Below, one piece after another: positions 55,555 to 64,000 of a DNA stretch of 64,000 nucleotides. The translations under genes and the position numbers were made by a program. Numbering within the stretch: the stretch's first letter is position 1; every line of letters begins with the position of its first letter. The notes beneath the pieces were generated by a model that made no database searches, was not told where the DNA came from, and saw only the letters and a program-made list of their open reading frames with translations. The DNA is from Balanoglossus misakiensis (lineage: Eukaryota; Animalia; Hemichordata): assembly GCA_040954595.2 (NCBI GenBank), contig CM082588.2, forward strand, positions 6,274,202 through 6,338,201. Direction: 5' to 3'.

Positions 55555-55564
55555 TTTATTTATT
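55555..55564 (-). terminator. Probable AK9 polyadenylation signal (overlapping AATAAATAAA)
   Basis: Minus-strand AATAAA pair ~305 bp after the stop codon. Confidence 0.5.
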
Positions 55565-55868
55565 CTGAGATATCACAAAATGGTGACACGGCATTTGAGC
55601 TTGGACACTTTAATATTTACCAAAATAATGTCCATCTGAAACTTTTTTAAATTATCAAGATTTACAGATTTACACTTTTGTTTCAACTCCTCAACACAAT
55701 AATATATATTTAAGTTTTTTTTTTAAATGACGCTTTCACTGGATGTAGCTGTAACCGAAAGTACCAAGTCAATGCATTCACAGAACTCTCAGGAGATTAA
55801 CCAATCAGAATTGACAATACGAATTTACATAAAAACAAATGTCGGTATGTATGGCCACTGAGGGCGCC

Positions 55869-56083
55869 CTATGCAATCCAAGTAGATGATGAAGGCATCG
55901 AGTCCTTCAGACTTAAGAACGAGTCCATTTTGTGATCAAAGTCTATCGGTCTTTCCTGCGGCTCTTTGTAGCGAATGGTCATGTTTTCGCCCAGGTACTT
56001 GATGAGTTCGCACTGCTCCTCATATCGCATCAGTTTCTGTTTGTACTTCTTGCGGACGTACTCCGAGCTTTTGGGGTTGTGGG
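55869..56083 (-). CDS. AK9: AK9 terminal coding exon (AHNPKSSEYVRKKY...SSTWIA*)
   Basis: Phase-1 acceptor; NPK.SEY.RKKY motif; TAG stop at 55869-55871. Confidence 0.93.
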
Positions 56084-56292
56084 CTGCAACATGAAAGACA
56101 GAGGAAGAGAGAGTCATGCATTGAACAATTCAGCAGTCATGGATGCCTAGCTTGTTGTTTAGCCCTCATTTTTTTTGTCTGCAGCAGTGATAAAAAAGGG
56201 TCAACTTTTGCTAGAGTGTATATTATTGCGTGTTCAAAATGTGCATCTGCCCAACTGAGCTGTGGGCTAGGGCCTCAATGTTACCATAAACT

Positions 56293-56436
56293 TGTAGTCA
56301 AACCTGTGTTACTGTCAGTGGTCACCTTTGTTACAGTGCCTGTGAAACTAACTGACCTGCCTATAAAAGCCATCTGTCTGTAAAGGCCAATATAGCAAAG
56401 TCCCTTAACTGGCTGCTATAGACAGGTTGGACACCA
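56293..56436. mobile_element. Degraded Tc1/pogo-like MITE in AK9 intron
   Basis: AGTCAAACCTGT...ACAGGTTGGAC inverted ends, internal CCTGCCTATAAA / CTGTCTGTAAAG subrepeats. Confidence 0.5.
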
Positions 56437-56476
56437 TACCACATCTATCTAAACATCACACATAGGCTCAGCTTAC

Positions 56477-56694
56477 CTTTCAAGTGGAGCGCCACAAAAA
56501 GCAACGCCGATTTTGCAGGCGACAGGAACGGGTATTTGGGTTTGAAGCAGCCGACTTCAGTCATAGACTTGATGATTGCACTGGAGACCGTCTGCTCCAT
56601 GTAACCCAGCATGGGTAATGAGATGATGGGCAGTAGGTTCTTTCTGGGTGGAAGCTTGTGTGGAAGTTTGAGACCGTAGTATTTCTCAGGTAAC
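56477..56694 (-). CDS. AK9: AK9 exon (LPEKYYGLKLPHKLPP...GCFKPKYPFLS...LHLK)
   Basis: Phase 2-1; conserved AK9 C-terminal motifs; G|GTAAGC donor. Confidence 0.94.
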
Positions 56695-56991
56695 CTGTGC
56701 AACAAGGACATGAAGTACATATTATTTCTGATCAAGAGTGCTAGCTGTAGTTTTTTTTTACTTTTTTTCAGTACTTTTGCCTCTAGCAAGTTCATTTCGT
56801 AGTCTCTTCCCGGAGTATGCTACAAGGCTCAGCATTCTGTCTCCAATATAATACGTGTATTATGTAACAATAATTATTGTTCATAAATGAACGCAAGTCG
56901 ACATTTTAAAACATAGCTGACTGCAACTATATTTATGTACATGTACTGTACTTCCATACAAGTTAAGATACAAACCATAGCTTAAAATTAC

Positions 56992-57090
56992 CTGAGGAAT
57001 TTCTGCAGGTTGTCTTCAGACTCAAAGCAATACAAATCACCTCGGTATTCCACAACCAGTTCTGGGTCTCCGGGAACAATGGCTTCATAC
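56992..57090 (-). CDS. AK9: AK9 exon (YEAIVPGDPELVVEYRGDLYCFESEDNLQKFLR)
   Basis: 99 bp phase 2-2, CAG acceptor, AG|GTAATT donor; absent from the ORF track. Confidence 0.92.
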
Positions 57091-57429
57091 CTGTAGTCAA
57101 TGTCAATCATGAAAATATTTGCATTAGCCATCAGTGTTTAGTGATTCATATAGTACATGAACACACCTTTGACATACCTTTATCATTTTAGAATCCAATA
57201 TAAGCAGCATGATATTTTCATAATATTTTCATTTGTACATAACAAACTGCATATAAATCATTTCCAAGTTTAGATTTGCATTCTACATAATATGTGGAAG
57301 ACATGAAATCCAACTCTTGCATATCTTATACATATTTTGACTATGTCTACATAACTACATATATATTTGCATATAAATACATTTTATTTACATAAATGAA
57401 CATTTTATTTGCATATTTATTATACTTGC

Positions 57430-57796
57430 CTGCATTTGCCATCAAGGTAAGTGACTGGACAATATCCTTGTAATTGTATCTGCATGGGGAACATGGCCTT
57501 TGCCTCGGCCTGGGTTCTCCTCCTGGGCAGCATATCAGCCGAGGGAAGAGGGCGCGGGGCAAGGGGCGGCACGTATTTCTCCGGGTTCTCCAGGAACTCC
57601 TCCAGGTCGGCCTGGGTGCCCATCTTGTAGTATTTGCCGCGGAACTCGGCGGCGAACTCCAGGGTCGGGTTGACCGAGCAGTCGACCAGCTCCTCGCGGT
57701 CGGCCAGGCTGACCGGACAGTACTGGCCGAAGTCGCCCAGGCGGATGCGGAACTCGTCGGGGGTCACGCACATGTCGGCGATGGAGGACGCCTTGC
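57430..57796 (-). CDS. AK9: AK9 exon (KASSIADMCVTP...FGQYCPVSL...GYCPVTYLDGKCR)
   Basis: Phase 1-2; YHS-like repeats; ends at a GC donor CAG|GCAAGT. Confidence 0.92.
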
Positions 57797-58236
57797 CTGA
57801 GAAGAGAATGCGCGACATCTCAGATCAGGAGGGTTGTCCCTCGTGCAAGCAAGGCCCGCGTACAAATCGTGTGCTAGTTCTGTTAGCTAAGATGCTGAGG
57901 TTCAGTCTGCAGTGTACAGTTATGGTCATCACTGTGACCTTTGAACCAAAATGGCATACCACTGATGTTACCCACACTATGTCAATAGCATTTCCTTATT
58001 AAGAAAATGTACCATCTTAGATGTAACAGAGTATTAAAGATTCAGATTTTTTCCCCATAACTCCTCAGTTCAGACGTTTCATAATTTTGGGCAAAATGGT
58101 GAGACAAACTCACTGGCTCAATAAGAGTAAACATTGTTTTATGATATGAAATTTCAAGCATTGTTTTACCACTGAAACATTAAACTGCCTTGTGCATCAA
58201 CAAAACAAGACATGGTCTACTGGGGCCACTACTCAC

Positions 58237-58454
58237 CATCTGATATTCTCTGTAAATAGGTCTGTATCTGTTGAACACTTTTCCGGCCCTCGGTCGACGC
58301 CTTCTGCCACACCCACCACTTGGATCTCTCTCCGTTGACCGGAATCCAATTCCGGTGCTGTTCTTTGTACCACTCTCTGACCGGCGGGATCTCCTTCTGC
58401 CAGCCAGCCAGGCGGATGGCTAGAATCTGGGCGCTGTCATGCAAGGGGAGTGAC
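58237..58454 (-). CDS. AK9: AK9 exon (SLPLHDSAQIL...RSKWWVW...RISDG)
   Basis: Phase 2-1; PLHDSAQI and SKWWVW segments typical of AK9. Confidence 0.92.
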
Positions 58455-58585
58455 CTGTAGGGGTGGGGGAAAAGCGGTGTGAGAGATCAGTTCATCAAAA
58501 AAACATGGAAACTCTCCAGCTATGAGTCTGACTGAGACATCACTGAGCAAATAACAGGTATGGTGGGGGCTGATCTGGTGGTACC

Positions 58586-58712
58586 CCACCCTGGGTGGTG
58601 AGAAGCATTGAGAAGTAAAGCGCCTTGCCAAAGGACACAACACCACAGCCATTCCAGGGTTCAAACCCATGATTCTCCGATCATGGATCCATTGCTCTAT
58701 AATGACTATCTA
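58586..58712 (-). mobile_element. tRNA-derived SINE relic
   Basis: Minus strand reads B-box-like GGGTTTGAACCC, then GTTGTGTCCTTTGGCAAGGCGCTTTAC and CCACCCAGGGTG, typical of the head/core of metazoan tRNA-SINEs. Confidence 0.7.
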
Positions 58713-58800
58713 TTGTACTAGAAACCAATTTACAGTGTATTGCCTTGAGAGAAGTCGAGACAATACCACTGTGTATTTTAAACAGGGGTGTTTCACTCAC

Positions 58801-58947
58801 CTCTCAGAGGAGTGCCTGTCTTTCATGCCCCTCAGCATCAGCTCCTTGCTGTCCACTTCAAGTTCAAGAACCCGAACTGGGATAATACTGCGCTCTGTCA
58901 TCAAGTCCACTTGATTCTTGGTGATCGGGAAACCGTCCAGGATGAAT
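58801..58947 (-). CDS. AK9: AK9 exon (FILDGFPITKNQV...SSER)
   Basis: Phase 2-2; LDGFP motif; AG|GTGAGT donor. Confidence 0.93.
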
Positions 58948-59057
58948 CTGTGAAAAACAGAAAAAGTCAGTATGGGTTAATTCACAATGCCAATGAACAG
59001 CTATTAAATAAGTATCAACCTTCAAAACATGTACACTAACAAAGGCAGTGTCTTTAC

Positions 59058-59233
59058 TACAGTAAAATGTGTCTAAACCAGACACCAATCGGACTGTAGA
59101 AATTGCTTGGTTCACAGATGTTCTGGTTGTAAATGTTCTTTTAACATGCGAATCTATGTGTAAAGGGCTGGAAAATGTGTTTGGTATAGACAGGTTTCCA
59201 GATCAGACAGGGTTTGGTTAGACTGAGTTTGGC
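59058..59233. mobile_element. Degraded TA-CAGT-type MITE in AK9 intron
   Basis: TACAGTAAAA..GTCTAAACC start; repeated TTTGGT(A)TAGAC(AGG) units at the far end. Confidence 0.4.
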
Positions 59234-59288
59234 ATTCTGAATTACATCAAACCTTGCAAACCTTGTTGTTGAAATGTGACCAACTCAC

Positions 59289-59490
59289 CCTCGACATTGA
59301 CATCTCATATCGAGCAGCGCTATCTCCAGTGCTTGGACAGCCAGTTCGTCTGGCACTGTCAGTCCCTTTCTCAGATGCAAGTTGATCTCTTTCGCCAGCT
59401 GCGACTTGGACTGCGTGTTGAGGACCATGCGCAGGGCCTCGCCAATGGACAGTCTGACCATCCCAAACTCTTGCACGAAACGATTTGCCA
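59289..59490 (-). CDS. AK9: AK9 exon (LANRFVQEFG...GLTVPDEL...CRG)
   Basis: Phase 1-2; adenylate kinase G..VPD motif; GG|GTGAGT donor. Confidence 0.93.
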
Positions 59491-59855
59491 CTGGAGCGAA
59501 AAGAGAAGAGACAAACATTAAAGCTCCAATAGCTGTCACTTTAAAAATATATCTAAAGGATAAAATACTTGGACAGAAAACCCCATTTTGAATTTTTGAA
59601 CATTCTATTAAATACCCATGTGCACATACCATGACAGTCATGTTCTCTTGCAATGGGTAACTGAATAAATTGGTATGGCACCTTTTTTTTTATTTAACTC
59701 GTTCATATTTAAATTACAACAACAATCACAGGTTGATAATATGTTTGTGTCTACCCATCAGTAAGCCCACTGGAATGTTTCTGTGATACATGTAATCAGC
59801 AAAAGGATCATATGGAAGATAGAAAACTCAAGATCATCTTCTGTAATATACTCAC

Positions 59856-60069
59856 ACGTTGTCTTGCCGGACTTGGGGGGTCCCAGTATGGCCATCTTGA
59901 TGGGCACGACTGGTTTCGGCGACGGCTGCTTGAGATAGTGGAGGGGGTCTTGGATGAACTTGTCTCTTGCTTGCAGTGAGGACAGGAAGAAGATATTGTG
60001 TCTGTAGATGACTGGGTAGGACGGATAGCCAGGTCCTTGCATCGGCTGGATGCATTCACCATCTAGTAG
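59856..60069 (-). CDS. AK9: AK9 exon with second P-loop in window (ILGPPKSGKTT)
   Basis: CAG acceptor, T|GTGAGT donor, phase 0-1; Walker A GPPKSGKT. Confidence 0.94.
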
Positions 60070-60184
60070 CTGTTGGGGTGTCAATGAATAATATGCAGTC
60101 AGAAATCATGGGGAGCTTAATGCTAGAAGATTCAATGTAAATTTACACTGTGGAAAGCAGAGTACATAATGAAGGCATGTACAA

Positions 60185-60490
60185 ATGGATGGATGGATGG
60201 ATAAATGGATGGATGGATGGATGGGTGGGTGGTCGGACGGACGGACGGACGGACGAATGAATGAATGAATGAATGAATGAATGAATGAATGAATGAATGA
60301 CAGGAGATAAGTGATTGAAGATTTTACCTAGAAAGATGAGTGGATGGTTGGATGGATGGATGGATGGATGGATGGATGGATGGATGAATGTATGAATGAG
60401 TGAATGAATGAATGAATGAATGAATGAATGAATGAATGAATGAATGAATGAATGAATGAATGACAGGAGAAAAGTGATTAAAGATTTTTG
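60185..60490. repeat. Compound (GGAT)n/(GGAC)n/(GAAT)n microsatellite, duplicated as a ~163-bp unit
   Basis: Unique tail GACAGGAGA(T/A)AAGTGATT(G/A)AAGATTTT follows both microsatellite blocks. Confidence 0.92.
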
Positions 60491-60598
60491 CAAGTTTGTT
60501 CATGTTGCTTAATGTCGAGGTACATGTATCTTTATTTTCTTAAATGACTGAATGAGAATAAAATAAAAGTGACAGAAATTTCAATGTCACTTCTTTAC

Positions 60599-60817
60599 CT
60601 GCACGGGACACCATTTTCCAAAGCGACTCGGGTGTTTGTATCCAATCTGCAACATCTTCTTGGCCAGCTTCTCACCGATCGGATAGACTTTCTCGAATAA
60701 GCTCTGGCGATAATCCACGATCGGTCTCATGCTCTGGTTGATTGTGTAGCGTACAATGTGTCTCTTGCGACCGCCATTGAGTTCAATGCGTGGGATCATC
60801 AATTCTTCAAGGACCTC
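60599..60817 (-). CDS. AK9: AK9 exon (EVLEELMIPR...SRFGKWCPVQ)
   Basis: 219 bp phase 0-0; FG.W.PV motif of AK9 YHS-like segments. Confidence 0.92.
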
Positions 60818-61188
60818 CTGTTGTGAGGGGGAAAAATGACATAAAGTGTAGGGTTATATATTCCAGTATGACCCAACACTGGTTTAGCTTATGAACAAAG
60901 CTCGTTTGCTAAACATGGCAGAAATCGGCCATTTTGAAATTCCGTTAACCACATGCAATTTTTATCACTCACCTAGGTAGTTAAACCTATTTAATGTAGT
61001 GAGCATTGACTACCAAATTGGCTGCCAAAAGTTTGTGTGCATTTCAGAAACTATTTTGAATTTTCTTGAACATATTAAACCTCTCAATAACTATTAGATT
61101 TTCCAGCTTCTTCATACAAAGTATGAACAGGTTTTGATGATGTATATTATTATTTTTTTACAGTGCATGTTCTGACTGAGTCACCTAC

Positions 61189-61416
61189 CTGTACAGCTGC
61201 TAGATTATTGGTGTCTGTATCGTACGTCTCCCCAATTTCATTCTTCAATCTATCAATTGCATCTTCCTCCAATTCCTCTTCTTCTTCCTCTTCCTCCTCC
61301 TCTTCCTCAAACTCCTCAGCCAAGATGGCTTCAACATCCTCCTCGTCTTCATCTTCTTCGTCCTCGTTGTCCGAGGCATCCGATTCATCGCTGTCTTTGT
61401 CAGCCATCTTCTGGGC
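61189..61416 (-). CDS. AK9: AK9 acidic poly-Glu exon (AQKMADK...NNLAAVQ)
   Basis: 228 bp phase 0-0, CAG acceptor, CAG|GTAGGT donor. Confidence 0.9.
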
Positions 61417-62292
61417 CTGGTTGTCCAAAACAGAAATTGTGTGTCAGCCAACAAATTAAATATTCAAAAGGCAAAAATATCGCTTATTTTTTGACAAAAC
61501 GTTAATCACTGTTATTTCACTTGGTAACATACAAAGGACAAAAAAAATGTTTTTGACATAAGAAAATGATAGTAGAGATGTCTGGAAATTTGAGACAAGA
61601 AAGCGGTCCAGAATAGCACCATCCAGTAAGTGTACCTTCATGAAGGATTTTGTTTGAAATGACACGCACGTACACCACATGACAACAGACACCAATACTG
61701 CATGTATTCATACCTTATGGGATTTATACAGATGCCTTTTAGCAGCCTTGTTTCAAAGCAAGAGGACAAGGAGACAGTCAAGAGAAAGTTGTAAGTATTC
61801 AATAAAGACGGAAATATGTGGAAAGGCCAAGAAAAATATGATATATGTTGAGGTTTTCCTTGAGCTGGTTGCAATCATTTTATTATCTTTGAAGCTGGTA
61901 ATAACTTTGTCTGCTTCAACCTCTTTCCTATGGATTTTTTCATATATCTTCTGTGTGTGTGTGCGTGTGTGTGTCCATCTTTGTTTGTCTGTCCATTCAT
62001 CAGTCTCACTGTGTGCTGTGCATCTTTCTATCAATTTGCATTTCGAATTTCTTCGTCTGACCTTATCAGACCCAATGAGGCTAAGTGTGAAGAGGTGACA
62101 GTGCGATAGTGTGAAGTGACAAAGGACTGGAAGAATGTTTGAAACTAATGAAAGGCAATAAAAAGGTATAAATAAAAGAATTAAGGTGATACAGTGTTGT
62201 TTTGTGGAAAAAGCCATCAATAGAATGGTGCCGTGTTTTACTTTAATACAAGAATGAGTATGAGAAAAGGTTGACATGCCAACACCACCTAC

Positions 62293-62581
62293 CAATCTCT
62301 CTGCCTTCCGCTGTTCCACCTCGGCCAAGATCTCCTGCCGTCTCTTCTCCTTGGCCTCCTCCCTCTCCTTCTGCTTCTTGAGACGTTTCCTCTCCTTCTT
62401 GGCCAGCCGCTTGTCGCGCTTGGCCTTCCACTTGGCCAGCTTGGGCGGCAGCAGACGGTCGGAGATGTCGGTGTCCTCCACGACTAGCATGAGAGCGGCA
62501 TCTGGGAAGAGCCCCATCTGGCCCAGATACTGTGTCTCATCCGCCGTGCGCGGGAATCCCTCCAGCACAAACCCAGTGGAT
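62293..62581 (-). CDS. AK9: AK9 exon (STGFVLEGFPRT...coiled-coil...KAERL)
   Basis: Adenylate kinase GFxLxGFPR motif; TTG|GTAGGT donor; phase 2-0. Confidence 0.93.
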
Positions 62582-62794
62582 CTGTACAGACAGAATGATA
62601 ATCAAATGAAAATTCCACAAAAAAGAAATCATTCCAATCATACAATAATTCACTCTTGACATTACAGAATGGAATTTCCCCTCCATGGGAGGTTTATAAA
62701 AAAATTGAGGTAATTTGAAATTAATAAACTCTCTGCAAAAAAAGATACACACAGTAGCTTAAATTGCTATCATGTTTAATTTACAGGGGAAAAA

Positions 62795-62875
62795 TTGAAC
62801 TCAAAGCGAGGCCAATGGGGAATGTTGACCAATCACATTATGGGGGTTTCCCTATTGACCTCGTTTTGGGTTCAA
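62795..62875. mobile_element. Foldback/MITE-like inverted repeat in AK9 intron
   Basis: 28-bp arms with 24 matches (TTGAACTCAAAGCGAGGCCAATGGGGAA and its complement). Confidence 0.65.
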
Positions 62876-62967
62876 ATTCATGATGGCTGTCTGTGAGGGA
62901 GTGAATCCACACTATATAACTTATGGGCACATCGTCTGACCCTCCCTAGCACTAACTCCTTGCTTAC

Positions 62968-63101
62968 TTGAAGGGTTCCTTGTTCCACCATTCTGGTACA
63001 ATATTATCCAGTATTTCTGGTGGGATGGGTTCATCGTCCTGCAAGTTGTTCTTGATTGCTTCTTCCTCCTCAGTAAACTCAACTTCCGGCTCCTCATCAG
63101 C
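62968..63101 (-). CDS. AK9: AK9 exon (ADEEPEV...IVPEWWNKEPF)
   Basis: TTTTTTCAG acceptor, AA|GTAAGC donor, phase 0-2; WW.KEP motif. Confidence 0.92.
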
Positions 63102-63346
63102 CTGAAAAAATAAAGATGAAAACAAATTAAATTTCATTTTCATAAACTCCAGAACATTGTCCACTTTAAAATACATGTACATGTATATGCAAAGCTAAAG
63201 GTGATTTTCTCACAGTCAGATGTGATGTTTTGGGGGTATTACAGACACACTCACAAGCCAACAGTACTGTCAGCTGTACACATCCACCTGATTTCCACTA
63301 GCATAATCCATAAACTTCAACCCTTGTTCCTATGGGAGATTCTCAC

Positions 63347-63408
63347 CTTCTCAGCATCTGCATCACCGCTCTCCTCTTTGTCTTCACCTTCAGCTTTCAC
63401 CGATGTAC
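63347..63408 (-). CDS. AK9: AK9 short acidic linker exon (GTSVKAEGEDKEESGDADAEK)
   Basis: TAG acceptor, AAG|GTGAGA donor, 62 bp phase 1-0; needed to keep frame between flanking exons. Confidence 0.85.
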
Positions 63409-63573
63409 CTACACAGTCAAAATAACAATTTCAAAACAGTTTTCATCAAATGCTGGCACTATGCCTCACCCATCTAATTCAATTTCCAAGTCGACCGGTC
63501 AAACCACGCAACTGTTAACAGCTGGATTAAACCAAAATCCACTGATGACAGGGGTGAAAGACTGTAATCTCAC

Positions 63574-63796
63574 CATCAGGAGCCGTGACGGCGGCTTCAT
63601 CCTCATCCTCGTCTGGCTCCTCCTCGTCCTCCTCGAACTCCGGCCCGATCTTCTTCTTGGTCTTAGCAATGATGAGCTCCTGCAGGCGCTCCTTGAAGGC
63701 GATGTGGAAGAGGCCCAACGTCTTGGCCAGGTGTCTGCCATGCAGAGTCTTGCCAGCTCCCCGGGGCCCCAGGATCAGTAGACGTATTGGTGGTGC
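63574..63796 (-). CDS. AK9: AK9 internal exon with P-loop (APPIRLLILGPRGAGKT...KKIGPEFEED)
   Basis: CAG acceptor, G|GTGAGA donor, 223 bp phase 0-1; resembles vertebrate AK9 APPLRICLVGPQGSGKT...KKVGPEFEED. Gene continues right of the window. Confidence 0.93.
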
Positions 63797-64000
63797 CTGT
63801 CAAGAGGAAGTTACATAATTGTAATCACACCAGTATCATCATTATATTAGCTCCAATGCAGTCATATTAGTAGGCAGCAGACATGTCACTGGGGTTCCCA
63901 AGTCATTTACCAGTATTCCCAAGCCTAAGCAAAAACACTACAACATAATAACGACAACGTTTTCTGTGTTATTCATGGAGTGTTTGTCTGACACAATCAT

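Noticed and set aside
57474-58002. Plus-strand ORFs overlapping AK9 exons (also 61163-61505, 62276-62659, 63332-63818)
   Set aside because: Antisense shadows of GC-rich coding exons.
60143-60493. 116-aa HSFI/HPSI-repeat ORF
   Set aside because: Translation of tetranucleotide microsatellites in an AK9 intron.
1-64000. CRISPR arrays, tRNA/rRNA genes, known conserved miRNAs, prokaryote-type operons
   Set aside because: No repeat-spacer periodicity, cloverleaf or recognisable mature miRNA seen; the window is intron-rich eukaryotic DNA.

Overview
AT-rich animal genomic DNA with spliceosomal introns; sequence style suggests a marine invertebrate, possibly a deuterostome, but the species cannot be fixed from sequence alone. 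Two genes lie in tandem on the minus strand. (1) The 3' part of adenylate kinase 9 (AK9): 14 phase-consistent coding exons from 63796 to the stop at 55869, including one GC-AG intron. (2) The 5' end of a dystrophin/utrophin-family gene that the ORF track misses entirely: first coding exon 53758-53881, a ~45 kb first intron, then 62-bp (8577-8638) and 93-bp (4371-4463) exons matching human DMD exons 2 and 3 in size, phase and CH1-domain sequence; the gene continues left of the window. The introns carry small non-autonomous DNA transposons (four short TAG...CTA-type palindromes with 9-bp target duplications, plus Harbinger-, hAT- and Tc1/pogo-like MITEs), a tRNA-SINE relic, microsatellites, RFX X-box clusters and several candidate alternative first exons. 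Nearly all other short ORFs are non-coding noise. I see no prokaryotic-type system, rRNA, tRNA or CRISPR array, and no clearly new biological system; the best leads concern gene regulation, splicing and mobile elements.
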